From Coprothermobacterota bacterium (GTDB lineage: Bacteria > Coprothermobacterota > Coprothermobacteria > Coprothermobacterales > Coprothermobacteraceae), in assembly GCA_036679065.1 (NCBI GenBank), contig JAZIGN010000003.1, forward strand, positions 1-64,000: DNA of 64,000 nucleotides, written 5' to 3'. Below, piece by piece: positions 19,577 to 28,472 of the stretch. Below the pieces are notes generated by a model, which was not told the origin of the DNA, ran no database searches, and worked only from the letters and a program-made list of their open reading frames with translations. The position numbers were made by a program, and so were the translations under genes. The number at the start of each line of letters is the position of its first letter. The first letter of the stretch is position 1.

Positions 19577-19620
19577 AGTTTTGAGTACTTCACAGTTAAG
19601 CCCAACTACGCGCTACGGTC

Positions 19621-21009
19621 TCACTGGGCAATTACCTCTACTGGTCTCGCACTGGGCTTAAGCATCACTATGAGTAATGCAGATACAATGGTGCCAGCCA
19701 ATATGGAAACAATGTACATGGGTAGATTGGTAATAACGCCGGGTATGAAGAACACAAAGACGCCACCGTGAGGTGCCATGAGTTGGCAACCAAATGCCAT
19801 GGAAAGAGCCCCTGTAACAGCTGATCCTGCCATTATTGAAGGGATAACCCTTAAAGGATCTGCAGCGGCAAACGGGATAGCCCCTTCAGTAATGAAACTG
19901 GCACCCAGGATCCAAGCCACCTTTCCTGCTTCTATTTCTTCCCGTGTGAATTTATTCTTAGCCAGAACCGTGGCTAGTGCCAAAGCCAAGGGTGGCGTCA
20001 TACCAGCTGCCATGACTGCAGCCATGGGTGTATAGATTTGAGAACCCAGCAGCCCCACAGCAAAGGTGTAGGCTGCCTTGTTCACCGGTCCACCCATATC
20101 TAAAGCCATCATGAGACCAAGCACCAAACCTAGAACCACAGCATTCACTTCACTCATGCCAGTGAGCCAATTAGTTAGCGCGTTCATGAGGCTGGCAACA
20201 GGCGTTCCAATCACATAGATCATAAGCAAGCCCACAGCTGCTGTGGAAAGTAAGGGAAGTACCAAGACTGGCATTAGTCCCTGCAATGACTTAGGAAGTT
20301 TTATAACGGTTTTGAGCCACTGTGTGATGTAGCCTGCCAAAAACCCAGCGACAATACCGCCTAAGAATCCGGCGCCCAACGATGTAGCAAGCATACCACC
20401 AATCATACCGGGGGCCAAACCAGGCCTATCAGCTATGGAGTAGGAAATGTAGCCCGCCAAGATCGGCACCATCAATGCAAAAGCAGTACCGCCACCAATC
20501 TTCATAAGTGCCCAGGCAAAACTACCCTCCACATCAGCTGCATGAATGCCGAAAGCGAAGGACAGGGCAATAAGTATGCCACCTGCCACCACAAAGGGAA
20601 GCATGTAGGACACACCCGTCATTAGGTGCTTGTACACACCTGTTCTGGCTTCGGATTTTTCCTCTTTTGTCTTTTGAACTTGCTGAACGTAATCCATTTG
20701 TGCTGGTTTTTCCAATTTCATGGCACGTTCTATAACAGCCTTTCCATTTTTTATGGCATCTTGAATGGGCACTTCTAAAATGGGTTTTCCAGCAAATCTG
20801 TCTTTAGGTACTTGCGTGGCAGCAGCGATGATGACCACATCAGCACCGGCGATATCTTCTGGGGTTAAAGCGTTTTCCGCACCCACAGAACCCTCTGTTT
20901 CAACCTTTATTTCCACACCCAATTCCCTTGCAGCCTTTTCCAAACTTTCTGCAGCCATGTAAGTATGGGCAATCCCGGTTGGACAAGCTGTCACAGCTAC
21001 CATCTTCAT
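19621..21009 (-). CDS. fruA: PTS fructose-family EIIBC
   Basis: [15 protein letters not shown] (IIB Cys), [28 protein letters not shown]. Confidence 0.93.
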   Translation of the reverse strand: MKMVAVTACPTGIAHTYMAAESLEKAARELGVEIKVETEGSVGAENALTPEDIAGADVVIIAAATQVPKDRFAGKPILEVPIQDAIKNGKAVIERAMKLEKPAQMDYVQQVQKTKEEKSEARTGVYKHLMTGVSYMLPFVVAGGILIALSFAFGIHAADVEGSFAWALMKIGGGTAFALMVPILAGYISYSIADRPGLAPGMIGGMLATSLGAGFLGGIVAGFLAGYITQWLKTVIKLPKSLQGLMPVLVLPLLSTAAVGLLMIYVIGTPVASLMNALTNWLTGMSEVNAVVLGLVLGLMMALDMGGPVNKAAYTFAVGLLGSQIYTPMAAVMAAGMTPPLALALATVLAKNKFTREEIEAGKVAWILGASFITEGAIPFAAADPLRVIPSIMAGSAVTGALSMAFGCQLMAPHGGVFVFFIPGVITNLPMYIVSILAGTIVSALLIVMLKPSARPVEVIAQ

Positions 21010-21055
21010 AATTTCTTGCACCTCCCACTAATTTTCCTTTGCTTTCGTTACCCTT

Positions 21056-21532
21056 CTAACCTTTATCGCTTTTGTTTTCAATCCTCACAATCTGAAACGC
21101 GTTGACCACCTCCTCTGGCGTGGAAGCTCGCATCAGAACTTCTCTCACCTCCTCATGCATTAACGCTCTGGACAACATGCTGAGAATGTTCAAATGCTCT
21201 TTATCAGACTTCTCAGGTACGGCAATGAGAAAGACAAGGTAGACCGGCTCCCCATCGAAAGAGTCGAACTCGATGCCTTTGCTGGATTTACCAAAAGCCA
21301 CTACAGGCTGCTTCACCAGAGAGCTTTTGGCGTGAGGTATGCCCACACCCATACCAATACCCGTGGAGTACTCTGCCTCTCTTGCCATGGTGGCCTCAAC
21401 CAAACCCTGCAAATCCTCAACATAACCGTGTTCCCACATCAGCTGAGCAAGTTCCAAGATGGCTTGTTTCTTTTCATGCGCCTCCATGTCGAACTTCATG
21501 AGTTCTGGTTTTAGTACCTCTGAAATGTCCAC
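21056..21532 (-). CDS. PTS fructose-family EIIA
   Basis: REAEYSTGIGMGVGIPHAK (phospho-His motif). Start uncertain (21532 or 21544). Confidence 0.9.
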   Translation of the reverse strand: MDISEVLKPELMKFDMEAHEKKQAILELAQLMWEHGYVEDLQGLVEATMAREAEYSTGIGMGVGIPHAKSSLVKQPVVAFGKSSKGIEFDSFDGEPVYLVFLIAVPEKSDKEHLNILSMLSRALMHEEVREVLMRASTPEEVVNAFQIVRIENKSDKG

Positions 21533-21534
21533 CT

Positions 21535-22458
21535 TTACACCCACCTCTCCACTTTTATTTGTTTCGAAAACTCCTCCAGTCTGTCAAAGTCGTCCACAAT
21601 TTGACAGGCTGATACGGCAGCCCCAAAAGCTGCCAACTTTTCCGCCTGCAATCCTTTGCTCATACCATGGATAAAACCAGCTACCATAGCGTCTCCTGCG
21701 CCCACGGTGTTTTTAACCTCCAGCTTGAGCGGGTAAACCCTATAAATGCCTTCTCGAGAAACGTAAATGCTGCCTTCACTTCCCATGGACACAACCACCA
21801 CTGATATACCAGATGAAAGCAGTTCGCGGCAAACACCAAGCAATTCTTGATTGCTTCCAGATAGTTGCTTACCAGTCAACCCCTCAAGCTCATGGATGTT
21901 GGGTTTAATCATGAAAGGCATAGCCTGTAAACCCCTCTTTAGGGCTTCTCCATCTGCATCCAGAACTGTTTTTGCCCCTTGTTTTTTTGCCTCTTGAATA
22001 AGAAACTTGTAACTGTCATGGGGCACACCTGGTGGCAGACTACCTGCAATAACTACGTACTCGCACTTCGCTGCCCACGAAGTAACTTTCTTTACTAGCT
22101 TTTCCCAACTAGCAGTGTCAATATACGGTCCCGGCTCGTTTATCTCCGTACAGCCTAAGTTACTCTTATCGATGACTTTTATGTTGGTTCTGGTTCTGCC
22201 AGAGACTTGCACAAAATCAGTCTCAATCCTTGCTGCTTTTAGTTCCTCTTCAAAATACAGCGCATTCCTACCTAAGAAACCCAAAGCTACGCTGGGTTGC
22301 CCCAATGTGGAAAGTACTTTGGAGACATTTATGCCTTTGCCGCCAATGCGGTACTCAACTGCTTCCGCTCTGTTTAGGTTATAGGGTGTAAACGTATTTA
22401 CAAAAATCGTGTGGTCAATAGCAGGGTTCAAGGTTACCGTGGCCACGCCATTGTTCAT
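21535..22458 (-). CDS. fruK: 1-phosphofructokinase (PfkB family)
   Basis: TVTLNPAID, GGKGINVS, KPNIHE, NTVGAGD. Confidence 0.92.
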   Translation of the reverse strand: MNNGVATVTLNPAIDHTIFVNTFTPYNLNRAEAVEYRIGGKGINVSKVLSTLGQPSVALGFLGRNALYFEEELKAARIETDFVQVSGRTRTNIKVIDKSNLGCTEINEPGPYIDTASWEKLVKKVTSWAAKCEYVVIAGSLPPGVPHDSYKFLIQEAKKQGAKTVLDADGEALKRGLQAMPFMIKPNIHELEGLTGKQLSGSNQELLGVCRELLSSGISVVVVSMGSEGSIYVSREGIYRVYPLKLEVKNTVGAGDAMVAGFIHGMSKGLQAEKLAAFGAAVSACQIVDDFDRLEEFSKQIKVERWV

Positions 22459-23231
22459 ATAGTTCCCCCTTCTTTTACTCTAATTACCTCCAAACCAGCT
22501 TCTCGGTAGCTTTTCACCTCTTCATCAGCCAAATGCCAATCTGTTATTATGCAGTCCACTTCGTCGATGTCCGCAAAACGGACAAAAGATTCCTTTCCAA
22601 ACTTAGTGCTGTCCGACACCACAAAGACTTTTTCTGCACATTTGACCATGGCTCTTTTAGTGGCAGCCTCCAGCACGTTTGGAGTAGAAAATCCTTCCAA
22701 GGTAACACCATTAGTTCCAATAAAAGCTTTATCAACTCTTATGTGCTGCAAGAAGTTTTCTGCTACGGGCCCCACAAGTGCTTGTGTGCTGAACCTTAGG
22801 TTTCCACCAGTTAACAGAACCTCTATGTCAGGTTTGTATGGGACTTCCAGCGCTGCTTTGAGAAAATTGGTAACTATTTTGGCTTTGTTAACCATCAAAC
22901 TTCTTACTATGTGTATAGTGGTTGTACCAGCATCAATGACCACTGTGTCCCCTTCCTCTATAAGAGAAGCTGCGTACTTGCCTATGGCCTCTTTTTCTTC
23001 CACCATGGAGCTTTCCTTCTCAACCAATGATGGTTCGTAGCTTGATAACACAGGAGGCATAGCGCCGCCGTGTGTTCTGTAAAGCAGGCCCCTGGACTCC
23101 AAAAACCTCAAATCTCTTCTCACAGTAGAAGGGGAAACATGTAAAATCCTGCTTAGTTCCTCCACAGTGACGGCCTTTCCGCTGCTTACAACCTCAAGAA
23201 TTTTCTGCCTCCGCTCTCCCACTAGCACCAT
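22455..23231 (-). CDS. fruR: DeoR-family fructose operon repressor
   Basis: N-terminal HTH VSPSTVRRDL, RTHGGA, DAGTT, DSTKFG; first gene of the fru operon. Confidence 0.88.
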   Translation of the reverse strand: MVLVGERRQKILEVVSSGKAVTVEELSRILHVSPSTVRRDLRFLESRGLLYRTHGGAMPPVLSSYEPSLVEKESSMVEEKEAIGKYAASLIEEGDTVVIDAGTTTIHIVRSLMVNKAKIVTNFLKAALEVPYKPDIEVLLTGGNLRFSTQALVGPVAENFLQHIRVDKAFIGTNGVTLEGFSTPNVLEAATKRAMVKCAEKVFVVSDSTKFGKESFVRFADIDEVDCIITDWHLADEEVKSYREAGLEVIRVKEGGTI

Positions 23232-23237
23232 ATCACC

Positions 23238-23308
23238 TGCTCATTTTTGGTCATTTGTGACCATTTATGATTACTTTTGATTATATACGATCGTTTTTGG
23301 AAAGTCAA
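23238..23308 (-). promoter_or_regulatory. Sigma70 promoter of the fru operon overlapped by six 10-bp phased repeats (putative FruR operators)
   Basis: TTGACT (23308-23303), 17 bp, TATAAT (23285-23280). Plus-strand decamers: tgctcatttt, tggtcatttg, tgaccattta, tgattacttt, tgattatata, cgatcgtttt. Confidence 0.75.
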
Positions 23309-23420
23309 TAGTTCTTCAAAAGAGCCACTAGTTGAGTAACGAGCAGGGTCATGTGAATTTATTCAGAAGAGCCGTATATAATCAAGTTAGACTAGCCAAC
23401 ACAAAAAGGAGGAACGACTA

Positions 23421-24803
23421 ATGACACCCGAGCAAGTATCAGAGATGAAACAGGTCATGGTTCATGGACCACTTTTATTGGTTTTCTTGGTTTTAGTCAT
23501 TCTTTTTATCGTCTATTCCACATCAAAGTGGAAACTTCATCCGTTTTTGGCGCTGCTTTTTAGTGCCTATGGTTTTGCTTTTTTAGCCGGTATGCCTTTC
23601 AAGTACATTGGCACAGTAATTGCTAGTGGCTTTGGTAATTTAATGACTAACATTGGATTGGTCATTGTCTTTGGTACCATTATCGGAACTATTATTGAAA
23701 AATCCGGTGCAGCATTGCGCATGGCAGACTCCATTCTTAGAATTGTGGGAGAAAAACGATCAGCTTTGGCCATGAGCATTATCGGTTACGTCACCAGTAT
23801 CCCCGTGTTTTGCGATTCAGGATTCGTCATTCTGTCACCACTAAACAAGGCTTTGGCAAAAAGGGCTGGCGTACCGTTGGCTACCATGGCTGTGGCTCTG
23901 TCCACTGGCCTTTACGCAACCCATACCCTGGTACCTCCCACACCCGGACCAATAGCCGCTGCTGGAAACGTGGGTGCAGACCTTGGTTTGGTCATCATCG
24001 TGGGACTTATCGTAGCTATTCCAGCTGCTTTGGTAGGCCTTTGGTGGGCAAACCGCGTAGGGAAAAACATTATCATTGAAGGCACGGAAAACCAGATGAG
24101 CTACGACGAACTCAAAAAACAGTACAAAAAACTGCCCAACGTATGGCTTTCCTTTGCTCCCATCGTAGTGCCTATAGTTCTCATCGCTTTATCTTCCGTA
24201 GTCAGCTTTACAAAGTATACAGGATTTGGCAGCACATTCATTGGATTCTTAGGTACTCCAGTAAACGCGCTTATGGTTGGCGTACTGCTGTCCTTCCTCT
24301 TGTTGCCAAGTCTATCTGAAGAAACACTCAGTGGGTGGGTGGGAAAAGGCCTGCTTGACTCAGCAAACATACTGCTTATAACTGGTGCAGGTGGAGCCTT
24401 AGGTGCAGTGCTCTCTAACTCTCCTATTTCCGACTACATAAAAACACTTGCCACGGGAAACGTGGCAGGGATTGGTGCCATCATACTTTTGTTCGTGATC
24501 TCTGCCCTGCTAAAGACGGCACAGGGTTCATCAACGGTGGCTTTGGTTACTACTTCCAGCATGATGGCTCCCATGCTGCCGCAGTTGGGTATTACTACAC
24601 CTTTGCAGCTGGCATTAGCAGTTATGGCAATAGGTGCAGGTGCTATGACCGTATCTCACGTAAATGACAGCTACTTCTGGGTGGTAAGCCAATTTAGCGG
24701 TATGAAGGTGACCGATGCCTACAAAGCCCAGACCATGGGTACATTACTTGAGGGATTGGCAGCAATAATCACCACCATAATCATATTTGCCTTGTTTGCG
24801 TAG
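23421..24803 (+). CDS. GntP-family H+/sugar-acid permease (probably glycerate)
   Basis: HPFLAL, SIPVFCDSGF, HTLVPPTPGP, KTAQGSSTVA, HVNDSYFW; followed by glycerate kinase. Confidence 0.88.
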   Translation: MTPEQVSEMKQVMVHGPLLLVFLVLVILFIVYSTSKWKLHPFLALLFSAYGFAFLAGMPFKYIGTVIASGFGNLMTNIGLVIVFGTIIGTIIEKSGAALRMADSILRIVGEKRSALAMSIIGYVTSIPVFCDSGFVILSPLNKALAKRAGVPLATMAVALSTGLYATHTLVPPTPGPIAAAGNVGADLGLVIIVGLIVAIPAALVGLWWANRVGKNIIIEGTENQMSYDELKKQYKKLPNVWLSFAPIVVPIVLIALSSVVSFTKYTGFGSTFIGFLGTPVNALMVGVLLSFLLLPSLSEETLSGWVGKGLLDSANILLITGAGGALGAVLSNSPISDYIKTLATGNVAGIGAIILLFVISALLKTAQGSSTVALVTTSSMMAPMLPQLGITTPLQLALAVMAIGAGAMTVSHVNDSYFWVVSQFSGMKVTDAYKAQTMGTLLEGLAAIITTIIIFALFA

Positions 24804-24821
24804 CGGATTGGTGACCAACAC

Positions 24822-25967
24822 ATGAAAGTATTGGTAGCACCAGATTCTTACAAAGGCAGCCTTTCTTCAAAACAGGTTTGCCAGGCTATCGAAGAGGGCT
24901 TGCTCAAAGCATGCGAAGGAGCTTTTGAAGTAGTGAAAGTACCCATTGCTGACGGTGGCGAAGGTACGGTTGATGCCTTCCTTAGCGCCCTCGGTGGTGA
25001 ACTGATTGAACTAACCGTTACAGGTCCATTGGGCAAGCCCGTACATAGCTTTTACGGCATTTTACCCGATGGCACAGCTATAATTGAAATGGCTGCAGCT
25101 TCTGGGTTAAGCTTGGTACCAACACACCAGCGTAATCCTTTAGTGACCACTACTTACGGCACTGGTCAGCTCATAAGGCACGCACTTGACCGTGGATGCA
25201 GCAGGTTCATTGTGGGCATAGGGGGTAGTGCCACCAACGATGCAGGCGTTGGCATGCTACAGGCACTTGGCATCAAGTTTTTAGATGATGCTGGCAAAGA
25301 GGTACCTTGGGGTGGAGGCAACCTCGACAAAGTGGCAACTATTGACCTAAAAGGCATGGATTCGAGGCTTAAGAATGCTCAGTTCATTGTTGCATGTGAT
25401 GTGGATAATCCCCTGTGCGGAGAAAAAGGTGCCTCAGCTGTTTACGGTCCACAAAAAGGGGCAACCACTGACATGGTTAAACTGCTGGACAGAAACCTTT
25501 CTCACCTTGCAGATGTTGTAGCTGGTGTTTTGGGCGAAGACCATAGAAATGACCCAGGGGCTGGCGCTGCAGGTGGCTTAGGCTTTGCTTTTAAAGCCTT
25601 TTTAGATGCTCAAATGCGCCCAGGCATAGACGTTGTCATGGAAGCTACGCACATGGACACGTTAGCTGCTCAATCTGACATCATCATAACAGGCGAAGGC
25701 AGAACAGATTATCAAACAGCTCAATTTGGCAAAGCGCCATCGGGTGTAGCAAAGTTGGGTAAACGTATGGGAAAACCAGTACTTCTTATCTCAGGTGCTT
25801 TGGGTGAGGGCTATCAGGAACTCTTCAATCAAGGCGTAGTTGCTGCATTTTCCATAGCCAATGGGCCCCTATCGCTACAAGAGGCAATGGAGAATGCCTA
25901 CAGCTTACTTGTGGACATAGCACAGAACATCGGTAGACTGTTAGTTGCTTTGACAAAAGAAGGTTAA
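24822..25967 (+). CDS. Glycerate kinase (GlxK/GarK family)
   Basis: APDSYKGSL, PIADGGEGT, EMAAASG, GGSATNDAG, GAGAAGG, TGEG..D.QT..GKAP. Confidence 0.93.
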   Translation: MKVLVAPDSYKGSLSSKQVCQAIEEGLLKACEGAFEVVKVPIADGGEGTVDAFLSALGGELIELTVTGPLGKPVHSFYGILPDGTAIIEMAAASGLSLVPTHQRNPLVTTTYGTGQLIRHALDRGCSRFIVGIGGSATNDAGVGMLQALGIKFLDDAGKEVPWGGGNLDKVATIDLKGMDSRLKNAQFIVACDVDNPLCGEKGASAVYGPQKGATTDMVKLLDRNLSHLADVVAGVLGEDHRNDPGAGAAGGLGFAFKAFLDAQMRPGIDVVMEATHMDTLAAQSDIIITGEGRTDYQTAQFGKAPSGVAKLGKRMGKPVLLISGALGEGYQELFNQGVVAAFSIANGPLSLQEAMENAYSLLVDIAQNIGRLLVALTKEG

Positions 25968-25995
25968 ATGAAGAAGCCGCTGGCGAACTCTACAC

Positions 25996-26346
25996 CTAAA
26001 GGAGTTCTTCCAGCGGCTCTCTTATAAGCTCCAAATCCATAAAAGCAAAATCCTCAAGAACAGCATCGGGGTAGCTAATAGGCTGCCCTTCCTTGACCTT
26101 CTCAATGCACAACCTAATAAGCTCCAAACTTTTTGGTTGTACATTCTCATTAGTCTCTTCAAGCACAACCGATTTAAACGGCGTCTTGCTCACTTGTAGG
26201 TTACCGCTTAAAGGGTGCGTGACTAAATCGTACCCCTCCTTTAGTAGCTGCTCACACCGAAGAAACACGTCCAAAATAGAACCCTCAATAAACTGCACTT
26301 GATTTGGATAAGTCTCCAAAACCTTCTTGTTATTAGTAACAACCAA
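25996..26346 (-). CDS. grdX: GrdX-family protein
   Basis: VVTNN...LVTHPLSGNL...PFKS...EDFAFMDL pattern. Start uncertain. Confidence 0.8.
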   Translation of the reverse strand: MVVTNNKKVLETYPNQVQFIEGSILDVFLRCEQLLKEGYDLVTHPLSGNLQVSKTPFKSVVLEETNENVQPKSLELIRLCIEKVKEGQPISYPDAVLEDFAFMDLELIREPLEELL

Positions 26347-26357
26347 GATTTTTGGTT

Positions 26358-26987
26358 TTATAAGACCACCGCCCTATTTTTGCTCATCTTTTCTGCAATG
26401 GTGTACATATTACCCACACTGCCTACCTGAAGTTTTTCTTTTAAATTGTAGTAATCCAGGCAAGTGCCGCAGGAGATGATTTCCACTCCAATCTTCCCCA
26501 GTTCCTTTAGATCATTTATGACCTCAGAACCTTCCGTAGTAAGAAATACTCCCCTGTTCAAAAATATGATTGAGCTTGGCTTGTTATCAAGCTCTTTAAG
26601 GGCATAAATGTAATTCTTCATGAGAAGCTTGCCAAGCGTTGAATCGCCTTGACCAAACGCATCAGTAGTAACTACTACCACATACGTTTGACTTTCCAGC
26701 GTACTCTCACACTTCATTACATCAGGCTGATTTTCCATCGTTACGGGCTGAGCTACTCCACCCGGAGGTGTTAGTGTGAGATAGTACAGACCTTCCCTAC
26801 TTTCCACAGCCACATCATAACTAATACTGGCAGCAAACTTTGAAACGTTCTCCTTGGCAACTTCGTTATCAACGATGACTGTGACAGTCTTACCTGGAGC
26901 TGATTCCACTGCCTTCTTAGTCATTATGACTGGTGTAGGGCACGCTTTACCTCGAGCATCCACTATGATGTTGTTATCGTTTTCCAT
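26358..26987 (-). CDS. yedF: Sulfurtransferase-like selenium metabolism protein (TusA/SirA + DsrE domains)
   Basis: DARGKACPTPV (TusA CPxP) and FLNRGV...SCGTCLDYY (DsrE-like). Confidence 0.88.
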   Translation of the reverse strand: MENDNNIIVDARGKACPTPVIMTKKAVESAPGKTVTVIVDNEVAKENVSKFAASISYDVAVESREGLYYLTLTPPGGVAQPVTMENQPDVMKCESTLESQTYVVVVTTDAFGQGDSTLGKLLMKNYIYALKELDNKPSSIIFLNRGVFLTTEGSEVINDLKELGKIGVEIISCGTCLDYYNLKEKLQVGSVGNMYTIAEKMSKNRAVVL

Positions 26988-27010
26988 AGTTTCTTACTCC
27001 TCCCTCCTTT

Positions 27011-28177
27011 TTAGCCATATTCCTTTACAATGTGTTTCATGGCTTGAATACTCTCTTCGATGTCCTCTACGGTGTTGAAGAATCCCACTGAAAATCTCAC
27101 CGTTCCCGTCTCAAAAGTACCAATGCTTTTATGTGCCAGTGGCGCACAGTGCAGCCCCGGTCTTGTAGCGATGCCGTATTCTTGATCCAACAAGGCACTT
27201 ACTCTGGCTGGATCTACACCCTTTACAACTGCGGAAACTACCCCAACCATGCGTTCAACATCTTTGGGACCGTAAACCGTGACGTTATCCAGTTCACTTA
27301 AACCTTCCAAAAGCATGTTTGTCAACTTTTGCTCATGCTGGCGTATGTTGGACAAACCTTTCCCCATGATGAACTCTAAGCCGGCTTTCAATCCAGCAAT
27401 GCCAACAACATTTAGCGTGCCACTCTCCAACCTGTCAGGCATGAAAGACGGCTGTTCAATGGATTCAGAAAGGCTTCCTGTCCCTCCCTCAATCAGAGGT
27501 TCTACCACAATGCCTTCTCTAACAAGCAAGGCGCCCGTCCCTGAAGGTCCCATGAGGCTTTTATGACCAGGAACGCACAGCACATCTATGAAACACTGTT
27601 CCATGTCAATAGGCAAAACGCCTGCTGTCTGTGCCGCATCCACCAAGAAAAGTACACCGTGATCATGAGCCACTTTACCAATATCAGCAACGGGCATAAT
27701 GGTACCAACCACATTTGAAGCGTGGGTTACTGCTATGAGTTTTGTATTGCCCCTGATTGCTTCGGCAATTTGCTTGGGTGTCACATAACCTTCTTTATTT
27801 GCCTGCAGTACAGTTACCTCAACGCCGCTCCTTTGTAGTCTACTTAGTGGTCTTAACACAGAGTTGTGCTCCATACTGGTGGTAATAACATGGTCTCCCA
27901 CTTTAAGCAAACCCTTTAGTGCCACATTCAGAGCTTCGGTGCAGTTCTTCGTGAACACAACCTGTGCTGGGTCCTGCACATTGAAAAATGAAGCCAACAA
28001 TTTCCTAGTTTGGTATAAAAGCCTGTCAGCCTCCAAAGCAAGTCTGTGACCGCTTCTACTGGCATTACCGCTGTAACGCATGGCGTGATCCACAGCCTCA
28101 TACACTGCCTCAGGTTTAGGCCAAGAAGTGGCTGCGTTGTCTAAGTAAATGATTTTTCTATCAAATGTTTCTCTCAT
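27011..28177 (-). CDS. Class V PLP aminotransferase; cysteine desulfurase / selenocysteine lyase family
   Basis: IYLDNAATSWPKP, HASNV, DAAQ, GHK (PLP Lys), RPGLHCAP. The upstream extension in the track overlaps tRNA-Sec and was discarded. Confidence 0.9.
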   Translation of the reverse strand: MRETFDRKIIYLDNAATSWPKPEAVYEAVDHAMRYSGNASRSGHRLALEADRLLYQTRKLLASFFNVQDPAQVVFTKNCTEALNVALKGLLKVGDHVITTSMEHNSVLRPLSRLQRSGVEVTVLQANKEGYVTPKQIAEAIRGNTKLIAVTHASNVVGTIMPVADIGKVAHDHGVLFLVDAAQTAGVLPIDMEQCFIDVLCVPGHKSLMGPSGTGALLVREGIVVEPLIEGGTGSLSESIEQPSFMPDRLESGTLNVVGIAGLKAGLEFIMGKGLSNIRQHEQKLTNMLLEGLSELDNVTVYGPKDVERMVGVVSAVVKGVDPARVSALLDQEYGIATRPGLHCAPLAHKSIGTFETGTVRFSVGFFNTVEDIEESIQAMKHIVKEYG

Positions 28178-28258
28178 GGCATGTACCTTTCTCAGTTTAT
28201 CACCGAAAAAGAGAAACTTCACATAACGTCTGAACAAGGCTTGATCTATAATGAATGT

Positions 28259-28354
28259 GGGAGCAGAAGGGTGCTGGTGTGCCTGCCGGACTTCAAATCC
28301 GGTTCCTCGTCCAAAAAGGCGAGGGGTGGGTTCGATTCCCACATGCTCCCGCCA
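28259..28354 (+). tRNA. selC: tRNA-Sec (anticodon UCA)
   Basis: Acceptor GGGAGCA/TGCTCCC-G-CCA (8th pair G.A); 6-bp D-stem GGGTGC/GTGCCT with 4-nt loop; anticodon arm CCGGA-CTTCAAA-TCCGG; long variable arm; T-arm GTGGG-TTCGATT-CCCAC. Confidence 0.97.
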
Positions 28355-28472
28355 AAAATGATACTCCTTACACTTACTTCCATGGCCAATAATCTGCTGT
28401 ACTTTGTGGGTGCAGGTTAGCTATTTAAAATAAGCCAAGAAATACCATCTGTAAAATTCCCAAGAGATTTTC

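Noticed and set aside
28178..28342. 55-aa N-terminal extension of the desulfurase in the ORF track
   Set aside because: It is largely the antisense of tRNA-Sec; family homology begins at IIYLDNAAT.
28181..28420. 79-aa plus-strand ORF
   Set aside because: It coincides with the tRNA-Sec gene.
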